Shown here: positions 47,044 to 56,186 of the stretch, piece after piece
Layout of the letters: each line of letters starts with the position of its first letter
How positions within the stretch are numbered: position 1 is the stretch's first letter
Assembly (NCBI GenBank): GCA_043739185.1
Contig: JAYUEN010000034.1
Coordinates: 1 to 63,205 of the forward strand
Source: Bdellovibrionales bacterium
GTDB taxonomy: Bacteria; Bdellovibrionota; Bdellovibrionia; Bdellovibrionales; JAMPXM01
Reading direction: 5' to 3'
Length of the DNA stretch: 63,205 bases
Program-made: the position numbers and the translations under genes
The notes under the pieces: generated by a model
The model's database searches: none
Seen by the model: the letters and a program-made list of their open reading frames with translations, nothing else
Told to the model about the DNA's origin: nothing

Positions 47044-49617
47044 ATGCTTTCTCTATTTAAATTTTTAGCTTTAGCGACTGGCCTCATTTTTTCGCAGCCA
47101 TCACAAAGCACAGAATCTGATATTTCTTTTGCCTCGTCGATTTATAAAAACGCTGAAATTAAAATAATGTGTGCGACCCAAAGACCAAGTGCCAACTGTC
47201 CTGTTCAAAAGCTTTCGCAAAATATTCAGCTCGAAATCATTGCTTGTAAGGCGGTGACCTCATCTGCTTTTTGCCAAGAAATGATAAAAAAAGAGCCTGA
47301 GTTTTCTCAATCCTTAAAACGCTGTCGTCCCGATCAATTTTGCGAGGACTATCTATACAAAGAACTCTCATCACTGCGCTCCTGCAAAGATGGTTTTCTT
47401 GAAGGCAGCGGCGAAACCATTTCTTCGATTTGGGGAATGCTCGAAAAATCTAAAGACCTTACGGTCGACTTTTTTGATAGGTGGCACGAGCGGGCGAAAA
47501 AAAACGCAGAAGCTCGCGATCTCTTCAGAAAAATTTGCGACAAAGATTTGGCCTGCAAAAGAAACCTGGTTAAAGATATTCCAAAATTTCAAAACCTTTC
47601 TGATGCAAGTTTAGATAAATACTCCACCGCAATTTTGATGTTAGAACGTGAAAATTTCAGTTATCACCGCTCAACCATTGCCCGCCAATCGGTGATCACA
47701 AAGAGCATTGGCGAGCGCGCCGAGGAAGCCGAAAGTAAAGCTCAGGACAGGCCAGTCTCACCCGCCTCAGATGCCAGCGCTATTCAGGCCATACGCGAAT
47801 GGCTTAAATATAAAGGTGCTCGTCTCGATTGTTTAGATGCTGCCACTCAAGCTGAATTAATATGTTGGGCGGCTTCTTATATCATCGACCCGCTCTTAGT
47901 TTACAGTGGCAGTATTAAATTTGCCCGATCTGCGAAATATATTACGGATCTCATTACTAAAAATGCTCTTAAAAAACAGGCCATCGAGGCGGTCGAATTT
48001 TCAGCAGTGGCTGAGCAACGAGATCAAGCTATCAAATACTTTCAAGAAAGTGATCTTATAGGACGCAGACTTGCCACCATAGAAATGCAAAATTTGCCCT
48101 CTTCTTTAAGACTGGCGAAATATATTTCAGACGAAGGAAGGGAGTATGTCGCTGTTGAACAGGCCGTTCGCACGCCGACCGGAAAAATCAAAACTAGCGT
48201 GCGCGAACTCCCAATCGATCCATTGACCGGGGCTATTGACTCGAAAACTCCCGTCGGAAAAATGTTTTTAGAATCTATAATGAAAGAGCGTGAAGGCAAA
48301 CTCACTCTGGCCTTTTTTGACGTCAACAATTTAGGATATATTAATAAAAATTTTGCCAAAGGATTAGAGGCAGGAAATGAGTTTATAAAAAGTGTGGCCG
48401 CTTCGATCAATCAAGTCACCTCAGGTAAGGCGCAATTATTTCGCAACGGCGGCGATGAATTTGTTTTACTCATTCATGAAACCGATCCCGCAAAAATTAA
48501 AGATATTTTGAATCAAATTTATAGCACTGTTAATAATAAAGAACTCAACAAGACTTTTCGCGAAGAGAAAATTGTTCGCGCACAGGAGTTCAAAGCCAAT
48601 CAAAAAATAGACGGCGCCATGCCGGGAGCGATTTATGATCAAATAGAATTTGCCCGCTATTCAAGAGCCGGAGTATCGGCAGGCTCTACTCATGTAGGCG
48701 TAGGTGAGAGTTTAGAAAGCGTACTTGCTCGCGCCGAAGAACAGGCCAAACAAGCCAAAATTGAGATCAAAGAACAAATGACCATTGATACCACAAAGTA
48801 TGGTGGCCGAAAGCCCGAGCCAGGGGCTCGGGCCAATCAAAGTTTCGTACCGATGGCTCGAGATCCTGTTTCAGCTCCTAGAGGTTGGAGCGCTCAAGCC
48901 CGGGCACCTGATCTTGCCAACTCTACAGGAATGCTCACTGAAATCAGGCAACGTGAAGTCTATCGCTTTGGTGATACGACAATCGCTCAGTATGAAAATG
49001 AACTCGGCGAGACGATCTTAAGGCAAGAAACTTATACTAGTTCAGCTGCAGGCACGCGCGCTACTTCAAGTCGTGAAATTATTATGAATCAAAGTACCGG
49101 AATGATTGAAGGCACCACGCAACAGGGGCGTCAGATCTTGGGGCATTTTGTAGATTCTTCTTCCGCACTTAAGCTAAAATCACTTCTTCGAGTTGATATT
49201 AGTAGCCTTGGAAAAATAAATTATTTTCAGAATGGAACTCAAGCCGGTGACGAAATAATTCGCGCAACCAGTGAAGTCTTAAAGCGAGAGTGTGCCCAAA
49301 GCTCGGTACCATTTAAAATGTCTGGAGGCGAATTTATCGTAGGGCTCAATCAAATGACGAGTGTTGAACGCATTGCCTTGCAGAATAGAATTCGCAGTCA
49401 ACTCGCCAATAATCCGGCGATCAAAAAGATTTTTGATCAGCAAAGGGAATACTTGCGAACACAAATGATCGCGCTGCCGGCCAATTCTCCTCGTCTCGCC
49501 GAACTAGCTGAGGCGCAAAGTAAACTCGATCAATTGGCGGGGAATTTTTCAGTATCAAATGCGGTAGTTGAGCCTGTAGATTCGGCAGAGGCTATTCTCA
49601 GTCGTCTTAGAAATTGA
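47044..49617 (+). CDS. signal-peptide-bearing protein with Cys-rich N-terminus and tandem GGDEF-like domains
   Basis: IDPLTG...FFDVNNL...GGDEF (48448-48462) and a second degenerate SGGEF (49321-49335). Confidence 0.8.
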   Translation: MLSLFKFLALATGLIFSQPSQSTESDISFASSIYKNAEIKIMCATQRPSANCPVQKLSQNIQLEIIACKAVTSSAFCQEMIKKEPEFSQSLKRCRPDQFCEDYLYKELSSLRSCKDGFLEGSGETISSIWGMLEKSKDLTVDFFDRWHERAKKNAEARDLFRKICDKDLACKRNLVKDIPKFQNLSDASLDKYSTAILMLERENFSYHRSTIARQSVITKSIGERAEEAESKAQDRPVSPASDASAIQAIREWLKYKGARLDCLDAATQAELICWAASYIIDPLLVYSGSIKFARSAKYITDLITKNALKKQAIEAVEFSAVAEQRDQAIKYFQESDLIGRRLATIEMQNLPSSLRLAKYISDEGREYVAVEQAVRTPTGKIKTSVRELPIDPLTGAIDSKTPVGKMFLESIMKEREGKLTLAFFDVNNLGYINKNFAKGLEAGNEFIKSVAASINQVTSGKAQLFRNGGDEFVLLIHETDPAKIKDILNQIYSTVNNKELNKTFREEKIVRAQEFKANQKIDGAMPGAIYDQIEFARYSRAGVSAGSTHVGVGESLESVLARAEEQAKQAKIEIKEQMTIDTTKYGGRKPEPGARANQSFVPMARDPVSAPRGWSAQARAPDLANSTGMLTEIRQREVYRFGDTTIAQYENELGETILRQETYTSSAAGTRATSSREIIMNQSTGMIEGTTQQGRQILGHFVDSSSALKLKSLLRVDISSLGKINYFQNGTQAGDEIIRATSEVLKRECAQSSVPFKMSGGEFIVGLNQMTSVERIALQNRIRSQLANNPAIKKIFDQQREYLRTQMIALPANSPRLAELAEAQSKLDQLAGNFSVSNAVVEPVDSAEAILSRLRN

Positions 49618-49639
49618 AATGTGGGCTCATTGAAATCAA

Positions 49640-49833
49640 ATCAATTTTAACGGCAGCAGCCGCTGTCAATCCTTTGCCAGTTTCGGTCATGTTATCAGCT
49701 TTTTGTTACCCATAACTTCAATAGCACTCCGATTTCCCCCAACACAAGGTTGGTATGCGGCGGCAAGGCGTTCATAATGCCATTTACCAACCTTGTGTTG
49801 GGGGGAAAACGAACTATCCTGCCCTGCCCCTGA
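49640..49833 (+). repeat. dispersed element, copy 5, expanded, with an internal 20-bp perfect inverted repeat
   Basis: ATCAATTTTAACGGCAGC-N22-GTTTC...CCTGCCCTGCCCCTGA; IR arms at 49736-49755 and 49785-49804. Confidence 0.8.
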
Positions 49834-49855
49834 AGTCTTCGATGTTTTGCCAACT

Positions 49856-49885
49856 AAAAAAAAACCCACCTTTTCAAGTGGGTTT
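49856..49885 (-). terminator. intrinsic terminator of hppA
   Basis: AAACCCAC/GTGGGTTT stem with U-tract on the minus strand. Confidence 0.75.
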
Positions 49886-49917
49886 AATTTAAAAATTCAA
49901 ACTACGAGTTATCAGTA

Positions 49918-52422
49918 TTACTTTGCAGCTACTGCTTTAGCACCCTTTACGGTTTCGTCTACTTCGGTTTTAATTCTCATTCCGTAGAATGAACGGTAAA
50001 CGAAGAATAAGCCCACCAACAAAAAGAATGTACCGATATACATTGAGATCTCTTTCGCCTCAACTGCAATTTCAGCTGCCAAAAGCCCAAAAAGTGTTGT
50101 GAACTTAATGATGGGATTGAGCGCTACAGAAGAAGTATCTTTGAATGGGTCGCCAACTGTATCGCCCACTACGCAAGCCGCATGCAAGGCCGTGCCTTTT
50201 TCTTTTAAATCAACTTCTACCACTTTCTTCGCATTATCCCATGCTCCGCCGGCATCAGCCATAAAGAGAGCTTGAAAGAGTCCAAATGCCGCGATTGAAA
50301 TCAAATAGCTCGTAAAGAAAGTCGCATCAAAGAATGCAAATGCGAGAGTAAACGAGAACACCACGATGAAGATATTGAACATACCTTTTTGTGCGTACTG
50401 AGTACAAATCTTCACAACTTCTTTTGAATCCTTCATCGAAGCTTTATCTGAATTCTCTAAGCGGATATTTTCTTTAATGTATTGAACCGCACGGAAGGCA
50501 CCAGTGGTTACAGCTTGCATTGAAGCGCCCGTAAACCAGTAGATCACCGAACCACCTGAAATCAAGCCAAGTAAAACTCGTGGATCTAACAAATCTAGTT
50601 TTATTCCCAATAGTAAAATGATTGAGAAAATCATGGTGGTCGCACCGATAACTGCAGTACCAATCAAAACTGGCTTAGCCGTAGCTTTGAAGGTATTTCC
50701 TGCTGAATCATTCTCTTCAAGTAATTCTTTGCCGCGTTTAAAATCAGGTTTGAAACCAAAACTCTTCTGAATTTCAGCACCTATATTGGGTATCGATTCA
50801 ATCATCGAAAGCTCAAAAACCGACTGAGCATTGTCTGTAACTGGACCGTAAGAATCAACTGCAATGGTAACAGGTCCCATTCCCAAGAATCCAAATGCCA
50901 AAAGACCAAAAGCAAAAACTGCTGGGAAAATCATTGGGAATTGATCAACTGCAGTTACGGGAGTTGCAACCACAAAAGAAACTGCCATCAACGCAACAAT
51001 CGCAACACCCTTCCAGAAGGCACCGAAATTTCCGGCAACCAAACCAGACAAAACATTCAGAGAAGCGCCGCCTTCACGGCTTGCTGAAACCACTTCTTGA
51101 ACGTGGCGCGAATGCGCAGAAGTAAACACCCGGGTCAGCTCTGGAATAATTGCAGCGCCGAGGGTACCGCAACTAATGATTGTTGAAAGTCTCCACCACA
51201 ATGAAGCGGGCTGAACATCCGAAATCATAACATAAGAAACCGTATAAGTTACGATGATTGAAACAATCGATGTGATCCACACCAATGAAGTGAGTGGAAT
51301 TTCAAAATTAAATTTTTGCTTAGTTAGGAACAAAGCGCGCGAAATTACGCCGTTGATCCAATAAGAACCAACTGAAGTCAAAATCATCAATAAACGCATT
51401 GCAAATAACCAAACGATCAATTTCGCTTGAAAGATTGCGCCATCTGGAGTCGCAACGTGCTGACCATTTGGATCAACAACGGTACCAACTGCCAAGATAA
51501 TGAAAGTAATAAGAGCAACACCAGTCACTCCATATGTTTCAAATCCGTCAGCTGTGGGCCCAACAGAATCGCCGGCATTGTCACCAACGCAATCAGCGAT
51601 AACACCTGGGTTACGAGCATCATCTTCTTTGATATTAAATACGATTTTCATAAGATCAGACGCGATATCCGCAATCTTAGTGAAAATTCCGCCGCAAATA
51701 CGAAGAACCGAAGCGCCCAATGATTCACCGATCGCAAAACCGATAAAGCAAGCACCCGCACTTTCGCGCGGAACAAAAAGCAAAATTCCGATCATCATAA
51801 TGAGCTCAACGCAAATCAAGACAACACCAATCGACATTCCCGCTCTCAGCGGAATATCCATAACTGGGTAGGCTTTGCCTTCAAGAGCTGCGAACGCAGT
51901 ACGGCTATTTGCAAAAGTATTGATACGAATACCAAACCAAGCAACCGAAAAGGATCCTAAAATTCCGAGAATTGAAAAACCTAAAATCATAATTACTTTT
52001 GAGGAATCAAGATGAGAGAGAACCCCAAAGTAATAAACGATACAAGCACCGATGAAAACTTCGATGATGATCAAAAATTTTGCCTGTTGAAGCAAATAAG
52101 TTTTGCAAGTTTCATAAATCAAATGAGAAACCTCAAGCATTGATTTGTGGGCTTGCAAATTTTTGATTTTGAAGAATTCAACGAGACCGAAGATTATTCC
52201 TAGAAAACCTACAAGGATTCCTGTCCAAAGAATAGTTTCACCTGAAACCTGACTGCCAAATATATTGAACGTCACGTTCAAATTAGGCACTCGCAAAGTT
52301 GATTCATTGGCAAAAACCTGGCTCGTAGCCATTGTCGGCAACAAGAACCAAAGAGCCCATTGGCCCAATTTCGATGTCTTCAGCTGGTTCATGAATTGAG
52401 CCAGTAGATGGTTAGACGGCAT
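49918..52422 (-). CDS. hppA: membrane-bound proton-translocating pyrophosphatase (K+-independent type, divergent clade)
   Basis: GGIFTKIAD, EDDARNP, DNAGD, GNTFKA (Lys at the Ala/Lys site), GDTVGDPFKDTS. Confidence 0.93.
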   Translation of the reverse strand: MPSNHLLAQFMNQLKTSKLGQWALWFLLPTMATSQVFANESTLRVPNLNVTFNIFGSQVSGETILWTGILVGFLGIIFGLVEFFKIKNLQAHKSMLEVSHLIYETCKTYLLQQAKFLIIIEVFIGACIVYYFGVLSHLDSSKVIMILGFSILGILGSFSVAWFGIRINTFANSRTAFAALEGKAYPVMDIPLRAGMSIGVVLICVELIMMIGILLFVPRESAGACFIGFAIGESLGASVLRICGGIFTKIADIASDLMKIVFNIKEDDARNPGVIADCVGDNAGDSVGPTADGFETYGVTGVALITFIILAVGTVVDPNGQHVATPDGAIFQAKLIVWLFAMRLLMILTSVGSYWINGVISRALFLTKQKFNFEIPLTSLVWITSIVSIIVTYTVSYVMISDVQPASLWWRLSTIISCGTLGAAIIPELTRVFTSAHSRHVQEVVSASREGGASLNVLSGLVAGNFGAFWKGVAIVALMAVSFVVATPVTAVDQFPMIFPAVFAFGLLAFGFLGMGPVTIAVDSYGPVTDNAQSVFELSMIESIPNIGAEIQKSFGFKPDFKRGKELLEENDSAGNTFKATAKPVLIGTAVIGATTMIFSIILLLGIKLDLLDPRVLLGLISGGSVIYWFTGASMQAVTTGAFRAVQYIKENIRLENSDKASMKDSKEVVKICTQYAQKGMFNIFIVVFSFTLAFAFFDATFFTSYLISIAAFGLFQALFMADAGGAWDNAKKVVEVDLKEKGTALHAACVVGDTVGDPFKDTSSVALNPIIKFTTLFGLLAAEIAVEAKEISMYIGTFFLLVGLFFVYRSFYGMRIKTEVDETVKGAKAVAAK

Positions 52423-52650
52423 ATCTTCTCCTCGTTATGAATGATAAAATCAGCAGCATTTTTAAACTAAAATTTTGCTAACTGACTAAATTAATTTTTT
52501 GAAAATTATAAAGCGTATTTCGTAGCCCAGGCCGAAAACTTTGTCACGTATAAAAGCATTTAATACTAGGGCTCGTCCGAGGGATGTGTTTAAGAATTAT
52601 TGGGCACCAAAAACTTATAGCTCAGCATATGCAGTGGGTAGGAAAAAGGC

Positions 52651-52678
52651 AAAAAAAAGGGCCCCTGAAGGCCCTTTT
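52651..52678 (-). terminator. intrinsic terminator of the small Lys-rich gene
   Basis: AAAAGGGCC/GGCCCTTTT stem with 8-nt U-tract on the minus strand. Confidence 0.8.
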
Positions 52679-52704
52679 AACTTACTAAAAATACAAAAAA
52701 CTAA

Positions 52705-52935
52705 TTACTTAGTCTCTTCTGTTTTTTTAGCTTTTTTGCCTTTAGCTTTTTTGCCCTTTTTTTCCATTTTAGCATCAGCAGTTTTGCCCATGTCATCTTT
52801 TTTCATTTCGCCACCAGCTGCTGGAGCTGTCGCTGGAGCAGTTGCTGGAGCAGTAGCTGGAGGTGCATCAGCAGCGCGAGCTGAGAAAGCAACTGCTACG
52901 ATAGCCGCGAGCATAAGTGCGTTAAATTTTTTCAT
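52705..52935 (-). CDS. small exported Pro-Ala-rich/Lys-rich protein
   Basis: AAGGAG RBS, Sec signal ending ARA, (PATA)3 repeat, KKGKKAKGKKAKK. Confidence 0.8.
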   Translation of the reverse strand: MKKFNALMLAAIVAVAFSARAADAPPATAPATAPATAPAAGGEMKKDDMGKTADAKMEKKGKKAKGKKAKKTEETK

Positions 52936-53217
52936 GTATTCTCCTTTAAGTGGGCAAATGCCCGTTGTTTAAAAATTCTAGTCTTTAGTCGGTGGCCCAT
53001 CTTAGAGCTCGCGACCAAAAGCTGGTTTTATAGCCTTTAATACAGCTCCAAATTTACTGAGCTGCGGTAAAAATGCAAGAAAAAATAATTTTCACCAAGA
53101 AAATTGAAGCCTTGTGTTAACTGGCCCTGCTTAATTTATCAACTCACAAAGTTTTCAGTTCTCGAACGCGACCTCGGCTTCCTTGTAGGTATCTAGCTGG
53201 ATTGCTAAAATCAGGGA

Positions 53218-53694
53218 ATGCTCAATTTAGAAGATAAAAAAAAGTTTGCCCAGGAAGTAAGTCGAAGTTTTGAACCTGGCGAAATGATTTTCACCGAAGG
53301 CGACGACAGCCGAGAGATGTATGTCGTCGTGAGTGGAAACGTTGAAATCATAAAAAAAACTAAGACCGGCGAAATCCATTTGGCAAAACTTGGTAAGGGT
53401 GATTTTGTTGGAGAAATGTCTTTGCTTGAAAGCCTTCCACGGAGCGCAAGTGCTCGGGCCCTAGGTAAAACCAAACTTCTGGTGATCCATCCTGGTGGCT
53501 TTTTACTTAAGATTCGAAGGGACCCAACATTTGCCTTTGAAATGCTACAAAGCTTGTCTCGTCGTATTCGCATGACCAATGAAAGCTTGGTTAGAGAGCT
53601 CAGCCAAGAAAAACTCAGCTCCGAAAATTTAAGAAGCATTGTGAGTGGCTCCGAATTTTCAAATGCCAAAGAAGAAAAAAAGATTGCGGGATGA
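53218..53694 (+). CDS. cyclic nucleotide-binding domain protein (no HTH)
   Basis: IFTEGD, MYVVVSG, FVGEMSL, PRSASA. Confidence 0.9.
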   Translation: MLNLEDKKKFAQEVSRSFEPGEMIFTEGDDSREMYVVVSGNVEIIKKTKTGEIHLAKLGKGDFVGEMSLLESLPRSASARALGKTKLLVIHPGGFLLKIRRDPTFAFEMLQSLSRRIRMTNESLVRELSQEKLSSENLRSIVSGSEFSNAKEEKKIAG

Positions 53695-54440
53695 TCACCG
53701 ATATTAAGTCCGATAAATTAGTGGTCATTTCGGATTTGCACCTTGGCAATCCATTTTCAAAAGCGAAGCTAAATACCATCGATTTTCTCAATTGGGCGAG
53801 GATCAACAGCTATGATGTCTGCATTAATGGTGATGGCTTTGAAATCGCTCAAGTTTCATTTGCTAAATTAGCTCGCGATGTCCCTGAAGTGCTACACGCC
53901 TTAAAAGCACATACCAAATCCGGAAAAAATATTTATTATGTGGTCGGTAATCATGACATTGTTTTTGAAAACTTCCTCAATGACTGGGGCGGTTTTAAAG
54001 TCGCGCCCTTTCTCAATTTGTCGAGCCATGATATACGAATACGAATTGAACATGGACATCTTTATGATCCCTTATTTGTAAGAAATCCTGAACTCTACGA
54101 ATTTTTAACTTGGGCCGCTGGATTTGCGCTCAAAATTCACCCCAATTTTTACAAACTTTGGATTCAGTTTGAAATTCTGCAATCTCGCCTCTGGAAGAGT
54201 CGAAAAAAAGGCATTGAAGGCGAACACGAAAACTTTATAAGTGCCGCCGAAGAGTTGCTTGCGCGCGGTTTCGACCAAGTTATTTTTGGCCATACTCATC
54301 ACATTGGCCAAGTCGATATGGGAGAGGGCAAATACTATTTCAATCCGGGTTCGTGGCTCATGGATACCACCTATGTCCATATCGAAAACGGCATTTGCGA
54401 TATGCGTAGCTGGAAAAAAAAGCAATGGGTCGTGGCCTAG
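53691..54440 (+). CDS. LpxH-like metallophosphoesterase (UDP-2,3-diacylglucosamine diphosphatase family)
   Basis: SDLHLG, NGD, GNHD, HGH, GHTH; ATGA overlap with the cNMP gene. Confidence 0.85.
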   Translation: MITDIKSDKLVVISDLHLGNPFSKAKLNTIDFLNWARINSYDVCINGDGFEIAQVSFAKLARDVPEVLHALKAHTKSGKNIYYVVGNHDIVFENFLNDWGGFKVAPFLNLSSHDIRIRIEHGHLYDPLFVRNPELYEFLTWAAGFALKIHPNFYKLWIQFEILQSRLWKSRKKGIEGEHENFISAAEELLARGFDQVIFGHTHHIGQVDMGEGKYYFNPGSWLMDTTYVHIENGICDMRSWKKKQWVVA

Positions 54441-54450
54441 CCTCAGGCCC

Positions 54451-56157
54451 TTAGTTAAAAAGCTTAACCCCTTCATCAAAGCGCGCACTCACTTGTCTTA
54501 AGTAATGCGCGAGCATCAATACGCTTTGCCCATTGCCACCACTTTCGCTAAAGGCCCCAGAAGCCCCGTCTTTCCAAGCATAAATATCAAGATGTGCCCA
54601 GGGCTTATCGCCGACAAAACTTTCAAGAAATAGTGCCGCTGAAATGGCGCCGCCAAAGCCGCTATCAGAGCAATTGCTCATATCTGCAAAGCTGCTCTTA
54701 AGTTGGTTTCGATAGTTTTGAAAAAGTGGCATTGGCCAACACAAATCGTTTTGCTCACGACCCGCTTCAAAAAGCATTTCGGACATCAAGTCTTGATTGC
54801 AGAACATTCCAGCTATTTCAGTTCCCAATCCCACCTTAATTGCGCCTGTCAAAGTCGCAATATTAATTACGGCCTGGGGCTCGTTTGCTCCTTGCTGCTT
54901 GATGGCGACATCAAGGGCGTCCGCAAGTACCAAGCGGCCTTCAGCGTCCGTATTGTGAATTTCAACCGACATTGAATTTCTCGCAACGATGACATCACTT
55001 GGTCTAAAGGCCTTTTCATCAACTGAATTTTCAGCAATTGAGAGGTAAAAATCGAGCGGATAAGAATAGTTCGAAGCACTGGCCCAATAACATAGTCCCA
55101 AAGCTGCGGCCGAGCCCCCCATATCTTTTTTCATGAGGCGCATTCCACTAGAAGGCTTTATATCAAGCCCGCCAGAATCAAATGTTATACCTTTGCCAAC
55201 AAAAGCAATTGGCCTATGCACTTGATTCTTAGCTTGGGTCGCATTTGGCTTGGGTCGATATTTGAGATGAACGAGCCGTGGACCAAACTGTGCGCCCTGA
55301 CCAACTGCTCTTAGTAAATTCATATTTTCTTTTTCGAGCTTGTCGTCCTTCCAGATGTCGATGCTCAAATTGGGGAGACTCTGAAAACACTTTTCAATCT
55401 CAGCAGCATAGGATTTTGGATTCAAAATATTGGGCGGCAAATTAACCAAATGCCGAGCCAGATTGACCGCTTTTGCTTCAATAGCAATGGCCTTGAGACT
55501 TTCACCTTGAATGCTTTTCTTAAGCAATAAATCGGCACTTTTTTTATCCTGTTTTCTCTCTAACTTTCGAAACCGCAAATCAAAAATCTCAAGCCGAGGA
55601 AGCTTTTTGCCCTTTACAAAGAATTCTTGAGAAAATCGATATGAGGCAAGCTCCAAACCTAAAAGTGCTTGTCTGATATCTTCGACTTGGGCTTCTGCAA
55701 ATATGATTTCAAGCTTCGTAAGTGTATATTGGCTTTGGCCGCGAACGACTTGACCGAAAAGCTCACGCAATTTGCACGACTCAGCAGGCGCAATCAAAGC
55801 GCGATGATTTTTGCTAGAAATAGAATTTTTGGACTCATTGCTTTTGCTCAACGGTCGAATAAGCCAAATCGGTCCTTTGTTGCCGTGAAACTCAAAGTAC
55901 TCAAGTTGAGATTTTTTAACAAAATCAATCTGCTTTATACTCAACTCGCGTGCAATTAATTTGAGAGCTAAATCTAAATTTTCCTGACGAACAAAAATAA
56001 CTTTTGCAAATTGCGAACCCGCGGAGACCTGATTCGTACTGGTTGAAGTCTTATTTTCAAAATAGATTTTTGCGGTTTCAATCCAAGTCTTAAATTCTAA
56101 ATTGAAGAATGTCTGATCTTTGGCGGCCGCAGGAGTGTTTTTTTTGGATGTAGGCAT
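54451..56157 (-). CDS. M17 leucyl aminopeptidase family
   Basis: VGKGITFDSGG, MKKDMGG, NTDAEGRL, ATLTGA. Confidence 0.93.
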   Translation of the reverse strand: MPTSKKNTPAAAKDQTFFNLEFKTWIETAKIYFENKTSTSTNQVSAGSQFAKVIFVRQENLDLALKLIARELSIKQIDFVKKSQLEYFEFHGNKGPIWLIRPLSKSNESKNSISSKNHRALIAPAESCKLRELFGQVVRGQSQYTLTKLEIIFAEAQVEDIRQALLGLELASYRFSQEFFVKGKKLPRLEIFDLRFRKLERKQDKKSADLLLKKSIQGESLKAIAIEAKAVNLARHLVNLPPNILNPKSYAAEIEKCFQSLPNLSIDIWKDDKLEKENMNLLRAVGQGAQFGPRLVHLKYRPKPNATQAKNQVHRPIAFVGKGITFDSGGLDIKPSSGMRLMKKDMGGSAAALGLCYWASASNYSYPLDFYLSIAENSVDEKAFRPSDVIVARNSMSVEIHNTDAEGRLVLADALDVAIKQQGANEPQAVINIATLTGAIKVGLGTEIAGMFCNQDLMSEMLFEAGREQNDLCWPMPLFQNYRNQLKSSFADMSNCSDSGFGGAISAALFLESFVGDKPWAHLDIYAWKDGASGAFSESGGNGQSVLMLAHYLRQVSARFDEGVKLFN

Positions 56158-56186
56158 TTCATTTTCCTTTTCAAACCCGCTTCAGA

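Noticed and set aside
3312..49833. Dispersed repeat interpreted as a CRISPR array or integron attC array
   Set aside because: Copies are kilobases apart with no repeat-spacer periodicity and no cas or intI gene. Only copy 1 shows an RYYYAAC box, and the GTTAAAA end does not fit GTTRRRY.
50895..52972. Plus-strand ORFs opposite hppA and the small Lys-rich gene, and similar short antisense ORFs throughout the track
   Set aside because: Shadow ORFs antisense to well-supported genes, with no motifs of their own.
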